Made by a program: the position numbers and the translations under genes. From Candidatus Nanohaloarchaea archaeon (GTDB lineage: Archaea; Nanohalarchaeota; Nanosalinia; Nanosalinales; Nanosalinaceae): 64,000 bases of DNA. Below are positions 9,354 through 17,403 of this stretch, piece by piece. The stretch spans positions 384,001-448,000 of the forward strand of contig CP046106.1 in assembly GCA_013343275.1 (NCBI GenBank). The letters run 5' to 3'. Within the stretch, counting starts at the first letter, position 1. Every line of letters begins with the position of its first letter. Below the pieces are notes generated by a model. The model had not been told where the DNA came from. It did no database searches and saw nothing but the letters and a program-made list of their open reading frames with translations.

Positions 9354-9617
9354 ATGGATGAATCCGTACTTTTCTACTTTTCAAAAGGTGCAAACATACG
9401 TAGAGAAATAGTTCAGATTGTGAAAGAAAAACAAGACGAAGGAATATACCTTAACGAGATAGCAGATGAACTAGATATGAGCCATGTGGCAGCAAGAAAA
9501 CATATCGAATTACTTCGAGAAGAGGACTACTTAGAACACATTAACCCGGAAGGCAAGCCCAAATATATCAGACTCACGGAAAATGGAGAAAAGATATTGA
9601 AAGATTTTGACGACTGA
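9354..9617 (+). CDS. Winged-helix (ArsR/MarR-like) transcriptional regulator
   Basis: YLNEIADELDMSHVAARKHIELL, wing YIRLTENG. Confidence 0.8.
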   Translation: MDESVLFYFSKGANIRREIVQIVKEKQDEGIYLNEIADELDMSHVAARKHIELLREEDYLEHINPEGKPKYIRLTENGEKILKDFDD

Positions 9618-9817
9618 ATAATTAAGATTTATTTCCTTTAGCTGAAGCACCGAGCAGTTTACGGAAAACCATGGTTCTATTAGGTCTGGAGCTTCGGCAG
9701 GTATTAGGTTCACCGTTTTCCAACTTACTTCTTCGTGTCTGCCGTGGTAAGTTGTGGTGATTTCGACCTTTCTACTGTGGTTTTTCCTGGTATCTGGTGG
9801 AAAACGAGTTTCTCCTA

Positions 9818-9976
9818 TTATTTCGTGACCACTGCAGTCAGTAGAATAATCAGAAATATTGCGATGACAATTCCGAATCCTATAGCAAGCTCTTTCCAGG
9901 ATAGATGAGCAAGGGCGTGATTTAGGTCATCACCACCTCCGTGGAAAACTGAAGGAATCTGGAAAATAGAGCTCAT
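9818..9976 (-). CDS. Small single-TM protein with His-containing N-terminus (52 aa)
   Basis: Below ORF-track cutoff; MSSIFQIPSVFHGGGDDLNHALAHLSWKELAIGFGIVIAIFLIILLTAVVTK*, downstream of padR2. Confidence 0.55.
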   Translation of the reverse strand: MSSIFQIPSVFHGGGDDLNHALAHLSWKELAIGFGIVIAIFLIILLTAVVTK

Positions 9977-10005
9977 AATTTAGTCTTTGACCTCTTGCCT
10001 TTGTT

Positions 10006-10401
10006 TCATTTTGAGGCAGCGCAGTGCTTACAGCAGTAAGTTTTTCCATCCTCTTCGTATCCTCCGCTGTAGATCTCGCAACCACAGTTCTCACATTCTT
10101 CTATCTCGCCTTCTATTGCGGCGTGAAGTATTTCTCCGAATGCATCAAGCTGTTCCTTTACAAGATCCTCTCCTTCCTCTGTCAACCGGTAGACTTTCTT
10201 ACCTCGATCTCCTTTTTCTTCTACTGTGGCAACACCCTTGTCCGTTAATTTTTCCAGGAAAGGGTAGATGTGGGATGTTGTCGGTTTATTGCCAGTGATT
10301 CTTTCTATGTCTTTGATTAGTTGATATCCGTGTTTCTCTCCAGATTCGAGCAGTAAAACCGTATATAGTCTGTTTACGTTTGATAGATCAATTTCTTCCA
10401 T
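10006..10401 (-). CDS. PadR-family regulator with Cys-rich TRASH-like tail (copy 2)
   Basis: Clear paralog of 1372..1761 (LSNVNRLYTVLLL; CENCGCEIYSGGYEEDG...CCKHCA); start placed at MEEID about 30 nt from a TATA-like box. Confidence 0.85.
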   Translation of the reverse strand: MEEIDLSNVNRLYTVLLLESGEKHGYQLIKDIERITGNKPTTSHIYPFLEKLTDKGVATVEEKGDRGKKVYRLTEEGEDLVKEQLDAFGEILHAAIEGEIEECENCGCEIYSGGYEEDGKTYCCKHCAASK

Positions 10402-10423
10402 TTCCGAGTTCACATTATTAGAC

Positions 10424-10440
10424 ATATCATTCACTTATAT
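10424..10440. promoter_or_regulatory. Operator variant ATATCA-N5-TTATAT
   Basis: One mismatch to the palindrome; overlaps the padR2 promoter. Confidence 0.55.
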
Positions 10441-10447
10441 ATCAATT

Positions 10448-10993
10448 TCATATTTCTTTGCAGCAATCTACCGCCTTCTTTACCAAATTCCTGGCCTGGG
10501 AGAGCATTGAAGAATCTCTTGAATCTGCTTCATCAGATCCTTTCCTTGTACTGGCGCCCATATCATTTCCTTTAATGTCTTCGACTTCCTGTGTTACTTC
10601 TCCCTTATCCGCTACATCAAGATTGATCGCCCAAAACATGGAGTAAAGTGAGAACGCTTTGTCATAGAATTTTTCCGCCTTCTCACGATCCTGGTCAAGC
10701 ATTTTATCTCCGGTTTCCCGGAACCTCATAGAAGCTGCCAGCAAGTGTTTGGAAATACACCATTCTTCGCCCTCAGTGTTTTCCACCAGTTCTTTCATTG
10801 CTTCTGTCCTAATCTCCCTGATTTCGGAAAGCATTTCCAGAGAATCATCTGAACCTGTTTTTTCGTGAGTGAAGAAGAGATGCTCTTCAAGTGATATCAA
10901 GTTCATCAAACCTACAGACAGGTCTTCATCACGGGAGAGATCGAGTTTGTTGACATCTGAACCCAGTTTTTCCATTAGTTCATCTTTTTCCAT
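10448..10993 (-). CDS. Helical hypothetical protein with EEH, WCISKH and terminal DCC motifs (putative metal binding)
   Basis: 181 aa acidic ORF upstream of padR2, same strand. Confidence 0.7.
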   Translation of the reverse strand: MEKDELMEKLGSDVNKLDLSRDEDLSVGLMNLISLEEHLFFTHEKTGSDDSLEMLSEIREIRTEAMKELVENTEGEEWCISKHLLAASMRFRETGDKMLDQDREKAEKFYDKAFSLYSMFWAINLDVADKGEVTQEVEDIKGNDMGASTRKGSDEADSRDSSMLSQARNLVKKAVDCCKEI

Positions 10994-11033
10994 GCTCTTC
11001 GGGAAATGATTGAGTCCGATAATTTATAAATTC

Positions 11034-11050
11034 ATATCACAGAGTGATAT
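11034..11050. promoter_or_regulatory. Operator ATATCA-N5-TGATAT
   Basis: Between TTTATAAA (11023-11030) and ATG 11054. Confidence 0.75.
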
Positions 11051-11053
11051 ATC

Positions 11054-11563
11054 ATGAATTTAGATGTCGACAGGTTTCTCAACTTATACAGTGCAGGAGG
11101 AATAGCTTTAATTGGCCTTATAGCGATCACAGTGGCAGTTTCAGGATCAAATAGAGCTGTGAACGCCGCAGATCAAACCGCGATAAAAGACGTCCAAGCA
11201 GTAGTCTACAAGTCGCCCAGCTGCGGATGCTGTGGTGCATGGGCGCAGTACGCTGAAAGAAGAGGAATTAATGTAGAAGTGAATGCAGTTGGAAACCTGA
11301 ATCAAATTAAAGAAAAATATGGGGTTCCTGAAGGGAAACAGGCCTGCCACACAACAGTGCTGAAGGAATCAGGTTATGTGGTGGAAGGTCATGTACCGAC
11401 CAGGGCGATAAATAAGCTGCTCACTGAAAAACCGGATGTTCAGGGTATTGGTTTGCCTGGTATGCCCAAGGGAAGCCCTGGTATGCCAGGACCGAAACAG
11501 GGGGACTGGAAAATCTACTCGTTCACTGAAAGCAGCCAAACCTCAAAATTTATGACGGTGTAG
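11054..11563 (+). CDS. DUF411 (CopG-like) metal-binding protein
   Basis: YKSPSCGCC, CHT, EGHVP, PGMPKGSPGM. Confidence 0.85.
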   Translation: MNLDVDRFLNLYSAGGIALIGLIAITVAVSGSNRAVNAADQTAIKDVQAVVYKSPSCGCCGAWAQYAERRGINVEVNAVGNLNQIKEKYGVPEGKQACHTTVLKESGYVVEGHVPTRAINKLLTEKPDVQGIGLPGMPKGSPGMPGPKQGDWKIYSFTESSQTSKFMTV

Positions 11564-11567
11564 AGGA

Positions 11568-12086
11568 ATGCTGTGGAGCATAGGGGTTCTCGTTCTCTTC
11601 TTACTTATTTTTACAGGTGCGGCTTCAGCGCACTGTCCTCTATGTGTTGTAGGCGCGGGTGCTGCGGTAGCGGGAGCATCATACCTCGGAGTGGCTAAAC
11701 CCGTTCTCGGCTTGTTCATAGGTGCATTCGCGGTTGCCACTGGCTGGTGGGTGGCCAATAAAATATCCAAAGAGTACATCTCATACCAGCGAGAGGTCGT
11801 AATAGCTTCCTCATTTCTGCTGACAGTTATCCCAATACTCCCGATAATGGGGAAAAAGAAAGCACTGTATCTAGGCTTAATGGGTAGCTACGGCACTTTA
11901 CTCAACGATACCTACATGTACGACGCGTCACTGGTTACGGCCTTAATCGGGGGCCTAGTGGTGACTTTCTCACCGAAGATCAGTAGCAAAATCACAGAAA
12001 TCAGAGGCAGACACATCGATTATCAGGGCATACTGGTGACATTCACCACATTGATTGTCTTAAGCCTCGTAATCCAGTTCATTTAA
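11568..12086 (+). CDS. Membrane protein with HCPLC motif
   Basis: Signal-like N-terminus, AHCPLC, several TMs. Confidence 0.7.
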   Translation: MLWSIGVLVLFLLIFTGAASAHCPLCVVGAGAAVAGASYLGVAKPVLGLFIGAFAVATGWWVANKISKEYISYQREVVIASSFLLTVIPILPIMGKKKALYLGLMGSYGTLLNDTYMYDASLVTALIGGLVVTFSPKISSKITEIRGRHIDYQGILVTFTTLIVLSLVIQFI

Positions 12087-12087
12087 G

Positions 12088-12675
12088 ATGAAACTACGGG
12101 AATCGTTGAAGGATAACAGGAGAAAAGTTGCAGTAACTGCGTTAATAGCCGGGGCAGCATTGATTTTTCTGGTTGCCTTCTTCGTGCCTTTAAACAACGC
12201 TCCAGCGAAAAACAGTTCTGAAACCGGATTCAACCGAGCCGACCTCATGTTCATGAACATGATGATAATCCACCACGATCAGGCGATTGAGATGGCGGAG
12301 CTAGCACCTAACAGAACTGATAACGAAAACATACTCGAACTTTCAAGAAATATTTCCGAAGCTCAGAGAGCAGAGAATGAACAGATGGCAGAGTGGCTGA
12401 GAGAACTCGGCTACCAGAGACCTGTAAGAGGGCACAGAATGGCAGGAATGGCTTCACAGGAAGAGATGCAGAGATTAAAGAATAGTAGCGGCAGAGGGTT
12501 TGATCGCTTGTTCTCTGAACTGATGATCCGGCATCACAGAGGCGGTATACAGATGGCGCAGGCTTTTTCTCGGCGAGGAAGTTACCCTGAACTTATCCAG
12601 ATGGAGAAACAGATGATCGAGGCCCAGCAGAAGGAAATCCAGTTGATGCAGGAGTGGCAGCAAAACTGGAACTGA
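12088..12675 (+). CDS. DUF305 (CopM-like) copper-binding protein
   Basis: Two M-I-x-HH repeats (MIIHHDQAIEMA; MIRHHRGGIQMA). Confidence 0.85.
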   Translation: MKLRESLKDNRRKVAVTALIAGAALIFLVAFFVPLNNAPAKNSSETGFNRADLMFMNMMIIHHDQAIEMAELAPNRTDNENILELSRNISEAQRAENEQMAEWLRELGYQRPVRGHRMAGMASQEEMQRLKNSSGRGFDRLFSELMIRHHRGGIQMAQAFSRRGSYPELIQMEKQMIEAQQKEIQLMQEWQQNWN

Positions 12676-12697
12676 AGAAAAACGCTTAAAAACAACC

Positions 12698-12713
12698 TGT
12701 CACTATGTGATAT
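12698..12713. promoter_or_regulatory. Operator variant TGTCA-N5-TGATAT
   Basis: Between CTTAAAAA (12685-12692) and the dsbA2 start. Confidence 0.6.
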
Positions 12714-12717
12714 GTAA

Positions 12718-13521
12718 GTGTTTGATATGGCAGAAAAAGTTTCACTAGACATCTCGGTAAAGAACGCAATAGCAATTAGCTTCATAGCAGGAATAATTCT
12801 AGGCATCTTAATAGGAGGTGCAGGCGCATTAACTCTTCAAAAAAGCCCACAAACGCTGGAACCTACTTCTACAAACAATCCGTCGCCCAGCCCAACAACT
12901 AGCGACACCCAGCAAGACAACAAAGATGGAGGAAACACTGTCTCCGTTGCCGACCTGACATGGGAGAATGACCCTGTGTTAGGCAGCAAGGATGCAGAAG
13001 TTACACTTGTATGGTTCAGCGATCTGAACTGTATGTACTGTCGACGTTTCGCCCAAAACACATTCCCACAGATCAGAGAAAACTACGTAAGTCAAGGAGA
13101 GGTCCGAGTAGTGAAAAAGGACTTCATCACGATGGGAGCAAACTCCGTAACACTGGCAAAAGCCTCGCAAGCAGCATGGCAACTAGTCGGAGAAGAGAAC
13201 CCGAAAGTCTACTGGAGATGGACGGACGCGATCTCAGAGAACCAGCCTGAGAGAAAAAGGAATTCACAGACTGTTACAGAGGACATAATCTCAACAACCA
13301 GAGAGGTTGATGGGATTAAAGCAGAACAGCTCCGAGAGAAGATGAAAGAGATTAGCAGAGAGGAGATACAGCAGGATATTCAGGATGGCAAACAGAGAGG
13401 CATATCAGGAACACCAGGATTCCTGATATTCAGGACAGGATCTGATGAAGCCACGCAAATGACGGGAGCTCAACCCTACAGCGTCTTCAAATCTGAGATC
13501 AACAAACTCCTAGAGAGCTAG
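12718..13521 (+). CDS. DsbA-family protein (CMYC)
   Basis: DLNCMYC, GISGTPGF, GAQPY; paralog of 6828..7919 without cupredoxin; start may be ATG 12727. Confidence 0.85.
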   Translation: MFDMAEKVSLDISVKNAIAISFIAGIILGILIGGAGALTLQKSPQTLEPTSTNNPSPSPTTSDTQQDNKDGGNTVSVADLTWENDPVLGSKDAEVTLVWFSDLNCMYCRRFAQNTFPQIRENYVSQGEVRVVKKDFITMGANSVTLAKASQAAWQLVGEENPKVYWRWTDAISENQPERKRNSQTVTEDIISTTREVDGIKAEQLREKMKEISREEIQQDIQDGKQRGISGTPGFLIFRTGSDEATQMTGAQPYSVFKSEINKLLES

Positions 13522-13560
13522 CTCCTGGGCGCCACCTGTCTTTTATTTTTTACACTCACC

Positions 13561-13577
13561 TATCACATACTGATATA
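13561..13577. promoter_or_regulatory. Operator TATCA-N5-TGATATA
   Basis: Upstream of the operon ending in the Cu ATPase. Confidence 0.7.
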
Positions 13578-13612
13578 AAGACCTGTGAGGAATAACCAGA
13601 TGTGATCTCAAA

Positions 13613-13900
13613 ATGAAACTCAAAAACAAACTTTCCATAATGATTGTATCGCTGATTACAACCCTCTCCACAGTGGCAGCCCATTCAGGCGAAGAAGGAG
13701 GAACTAATACCGGCACGATGATGTGGAGCGATGGCGGGGGCTGGATGCACAACGGGTCGCATATGATGGGATACAACATGTGGGGAATGGGCTGGTTCGG
13801 ACTACTATTCGGCCTCGCATTCTGGATACTAGTAATCCTCGGAATAATCTACCTGTACCAGCGAATCACTGAAAACGGAGGCGGCGAACAAAATGAGTGA
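13613..13900 (+). CDS. Small membrane protein with Met/His/Gly-rich segment
   Basis: Signal peptide, MMW..WMH..HMMG..MWGMG, one TM; composition typical of Cu clusters. Confidence 0.7.
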   Translation: MKLKNKLSIMIVSLITTLSTVAAHSGEEGGTNTGTMMWSDGGGWMHNGSHMMGYNMWGMGWFGLLFGLAFWILVILGIIYLYQRITENGGGEQNE

Positions 13901-14285
13901 GTACGGGAGAACCGCTGAAGTCGAATACAGCTACTCCGAAGCTATAGAAAAGACGAAAGAAGTTCTCGCAGACCATGGCTTCGGAGTCCTATCAGAGATA
14001 GAGGTATCCGAAAAACTCAGGGAAAAGCTGGATGTAGAGTTCGATGACTACATGATTCTAGGAGCATGCAACCCGGAAAAAGCCTACCAGGGACTGCAGG
14101 AGGAAAAAGAACTTGGGCTGCTTCTCCCCTGCAACGTAATAGTATACAGGCAAGACGGCAAAACCTTTGTATCGGCGATAAAGGCTTCAAAGGCACTTGA
14201 AGTGGCAGGAAATGAAAATCTGGAGCCGATAGCAGAAGAAGTTGAAAAAGACCTGGAAAAAGTCATAAACGAGGTAAAACAGTAA
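13893..14285 (+). CDS. DUF302 family protein
   Basis: GFGVL, ILGACNP, LLPCNV. Confidence 0.85.
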   Translation: MSEYGRTAEVEYSYSEAIEKTKEVLADHGFGVLSEIEVSEKLREKLDVEFDDYMILGACNPEKAYQGLQEEKELGLLLPCNVIVYRQDGKTFVSAIKASKALEVAGNENLEPIAEEVEKDLEKVINEVKQ

Positions 14286-14557
14286 TGGCAGGAAGTAAGA
14301 ATCAGACAGGAATCGCATTAGGAGCACTTTTCGGACTGATGCACACTCTATGGGTTGTAGCAGTAGGAGCAGGAGTAGGTCAACCCGTAGTAGACGCTCT
14401 TGAATCAGGACACTTCCTGTCCTCAAACTACTCTGTTACCGCGTTTGAACCTGTGACGGCTTTAACAGGGATAGTAGAGGCAATTATCGCAGGTTATATC
14501 ATCGGCTGGGCGTTCATTTACATCTACAACCTTACAGGTAGGAAGTTAGACAGTTAG
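14285..14557 (+). CDS. Small two-TM membrane protein
   Basis: HTLW...HF...YN pattern; start overlaps the DUF302 stop. Confidence 0.65.
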   Translation: MAGSKNQTGIALGALFGLMHTLWVVAVGAGVGQPVVDALESGHFLSSNYSVTAFEPVTALTGIVEAIIAGYIIGWAFIYIYNLTGRKLDS

Positions 14558-14573
14558 GAGGTTTTTCAATAAA

Positions 14574-16589
14574 ATGGAACACGATCACGACCACGGCGAC
14601 GATTCCGACCACGACCATCACTCAGGTCACAGTCACAAGCATCACGAAGAAATGTTCAAGAGAAAATTCTTCATCTCCACAGCTCTATCCATCCCTGTCC
14701 TATACTTCAGTACTTTTGTTTCAGGACTACTGGGCTACACACCGCCATCTTTCACCGGCAGTAACCTGATTGTCCCTGTCTTTTCAATCATAATTTTCGG
14801 CTACGGAGGAATTCCTTTCCTCAAAATGGCAAAGTCGGAGTTCGAGGATAGACAGCCCGGAATGATGATGCTGATCTCGCTCGCTATAACAGTCGCCTTT
14901 GTCTACAGTATGGCGGCTTTATTCCTGAATACACAGTCCAGCTTCTTCTGGGAACTCGTAACTCTGATCGATATCATGCTTCTCGGACACTGGATCGAAA
15001 TGCGGAGTGTTCGACAGGCTTCAGGAGCTCTAGACGAACTCGCCCAGCTAATGCCAGATACTACAGAAAGAATAAACGAGGACGGAACGGTCGAAGAAGT
15101 CAAAGTAAGCGAACTTGAGGAAGGCGACAAAGTACTTGTCAGACCCGGTGCTTCAGTACCAGCTGATGGAGTCGTAGTCGAAGGAGAATCAGATGTCAAC
15201 GAATCCATGATAACAGGAGAATCCAAACCCGTCAGCAAAGAGCCAGGAGACGAAGTCATCGGCGGAACAGTAAACAAAGAAGGAAGCCTCAGAGTAGAAA
15301 TCACTGCCACAGGAGAAGAAACCGCACTATCCGGAATAATGAAGATGGTAGAGGAAGCTCAGGAAAGCAAGTCAAAGACCCAGTTACTGGCTGACAAAGC
15401 AGCCGGATGGCTTTTCTATATAGCACTAGGTTCAGGGGCAATCACGGCACTGGCCTGGACAATCGCAGTAGGATTTAACGTAACCGTAATCGAGAGAGTA
15501 GTAACAGTTCTTGTTATCGCATGTCCACACGCACTAGGTCTTGCTGTGCCGCTTGTAGTTGCAATCAACACTTCGCTGGCAGCCAAGAACGGAATTTTAG
15601 TTAGAGACCGTATCGCTATGGAAGAAGCAAGGAAACTAGACACAGTCATGTTCGACAAGACAGGAACATTGACAAAAGGAGAAATGGGAGTTGTAGAGAT
15701 TGAAACAGACGGAATAGAAGAAGACAAAGCGTTGACCCTACTTGCTTCAGTTGAATCGGACTCAGAACATATAATCGCCGAAGCAATCAGAAACTCGGCT
15801 GAAGAACGAGATCTCAGCATTCACGACGCAGAAGATTTCCAGGCGATCAAAGGGAAAGGAGTCAGAGCAGAGGTAAAAGGGGAAACGCTCTATGTTGGAG
15901 GCCCTAACCTAGCAAAGTCAGAAGGATTCAAGATCTCCGACAAACTGAACCAGTTTGCTCAGAATGCAGCAGAGAATGCAGAAACAGCAGTATACCTGTT
16001 CAGAGACGGAGAAGCAGTAGCGGCAGTAGGTCTTGCAGATGTTATCCGAGAAGAAAGTCGTGAAGCTATCGAAAAACTCCACGAAAGAGGTATCGAAGTG
16101 GCGATGTTGACAGGAGACAGTGAAGATGTAGCAGAAGCAGTCGCTAAAGAGCTCAATATCGATACATTCTTCGCTGAGGTCTTACCCGAAGATAAGGACA
16201 AGAAAGTCCAGGAGCTACAGGATCAAGACAAGGAAGTAGCGATGGTCGGGGACGGAGTCAATGATGCACCAGCATTAACAAGAGCTGATGTAGGAATAGC
16301 GATAGGTTCAGGAACTGATGTTGCGGTGGAGTCAGCAGACATCATACTGGTCCAGAATAATCCGCTCGATGTCGTCAAGCTGTTGAATCTCAGCGATCTC
16401 AGCTACAGTAAGATGAAGCAAAACTTGTTCTGGGCAACAGGCTACAACGCCTTTGCAATACCGCTCGCCGCAGGAGTAGCTGCGCCAATAGGTTTAGTAC
16501 TTTCGCCCGCAGTCGGAGCGGTAATAATGTCTCTGAGCACAGTAATCGTGGCCTTCAACGCCCAGTTAATGAAGAGGAAAGAAATCTAG
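14574..16589 (+). CDS. copB: Copper-translocating P1B-3 ATPase (CopB type)
   Basis: His-rich N-terminus, [22 protein letters not shown] and MSLST. Confidence 0.9.
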   Translation: MEHDHDHGDDSDHDHHSGHSHKHHEEMFKRKFFISTALSIPVLYFSTFVSGLLGYTPPSFTGSNLIVPVFSIIIFGYGGIPFLKMAKSEFEDRQPGMMMLISLAITVAFVYSMAALFLNTQSSFFWELVTLIDIMLLGHWIEMRSVRQASGALDELAQLMPDTTERINEDGTVEEVKVSELEEGDKVLVRPGASVPADGVVVEGESDVNESMITGESKPVSKEPGDEVIGGTVNKEGSLRVEITATGEETALSGIMKMVEEAQESKSKTQLLADKAAGWLFYIALGSGAITALAWTIAVGFNVTVIERVVTVLVIACPHALGLAVPLVVAINTSLAAKNGILVRDRIAMEEARKLDTVMFDKTGTLTKGEMGVVEIETDGIEEDKALTLLASVESDSEHIIAEAIRNSAEERDLSIHDAEDFQAIKGKGVRAEVKGETLYVGGPNLAKSEGFKISDKLNQFAQNAAENAETAVYLFRDGEAVAAVGLADVIREESREAIEKLHERGIEVAMLTGDSEDVAEAVAKELNIDTFFAEVLPEDKDKKVQELQDQDKEVAMVGDGVNDAPALTRADVGIAIGSGTDVAVESADIILVQNNPLDVVKLLNLSDLSYSKMKQNLFWATGYNAFAIPLAAGVAAPIGLVLSPAVGAVIMSLSTVIVAFNAQLMKRKEI

Positions 16590-16879
16590 AAGAGATGCTC
16601 TCTGTACTCCTCAAGCATCTCAAAGGCCTCTTCTATCTCTTCTTCACTGTATTCATCAGTTACCTCGTAGGATTTCAGGCCTCCGTTAATAACCAGAGCA
16701 TCGGCATCTTCAAGGATACTTAGAGCCGAGTTCGCTACATCAAAACCATCGAGATCCTGAGGATGCAATACCTCATTGTTCTTTAGAGCGTTACTGTACT
16801 GATCAGGTTTTGCCGCAAGCTCCCTAAGGCCTGCTCCTCCGCTACTAGCAATCTTCTTGTAGAGTTCTTCTCCACTCAT
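16586..16879 (-). CDS. Hypothetical acidic protein
   Basis: 97 aa ORF; shares GLRELA with 29381..29575. Confidence 0.6.
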   Translation of the reverse strand: MSGEELYKKIASSGGAGLRELAAKPDQYSNALKNNEVLHPQDLDGFDVANSALSILEDADALVINGGLKSYEVTDEYSEEEIEEAFEMLEEYREHLF

Positions 16880-16976
16880 GCCGAAGTATGTAATATGTTA
16901 CAACTCTTTTTACTGTTCTCCCTCACAGAAACCTCCGCTTAAAAAGTTGAGATAGGAAGTTCTGAAATATAGAAAG

Positions 16977-17390
16977 ATGGAGTACAGCGAACTTGAGGAA
17001 GGCCAGAAAATACTGTTCAACGACAGAAAGGCACCTCTAACAGTGGAAAAAGTAGAGGAGGACAGAGTACTGGTTGCAGGTCCGTCCGGCGGAGAATATG
17101 AAATATACAAGGAAGAAGATGCACTTCTAGTCTGCAAGCCAGGAAACAGAAGGTACTCCTCATACTGCAAAGATCTTCGGGACGTCGGCGAGTGGAACCG
17201 GGAAGGCGACACCTGGAAACACTCGAAGACCGGAGCGGAACTCACGCTGGAGAAAAAAGAAAACGGCTTCTGGACAATCAACTCGGAGAAATTTGGGTCA
17301 GAGATCGATACACCGATGTACGGGTACTCTAACAAGGAATTCGCCGAAGAAGACGCAGAGAAATTCGTAAAAAATAATCCAGAAGGATAA
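16977..17390 (+). CDS. Hypothetical protein
   Basis: 137 aa acidic, beta-strand-like ORF (LFNDRKAPLTV, GPSGGEY). Confidence 0.7.
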   Translation: MEYSELEEGQKILFNDRKAPLTVEKVEEDRVLVAGPSGGEYEIYKEEDALLVCKPGNRRYSSYCKDLRDVGEWNREGDTWKHSKTGAELTLEKKENGFWTINSEKFGSEIDTPMYGYSNKEFAEEDAEKFVKNNPEG

Positions 17391-17403
17391 AAAATAGAGA
17401 AGG

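Noticed and set aside
9620-9810. Startless open frame on the minus strand
   Set aside because: No start or recognisable motif; may be debris but cannot be supported
4200-16600. Transposon or provirus call for the island
   Set aside because: No transposase, integrase, terminal repeats or flanking tRNA seen; only compositional evidence
16586-16879. GLRELA shared with the putative antitoxin at 29381..29575
   Set aside because: Similarity too short and no toxin gene adjacent
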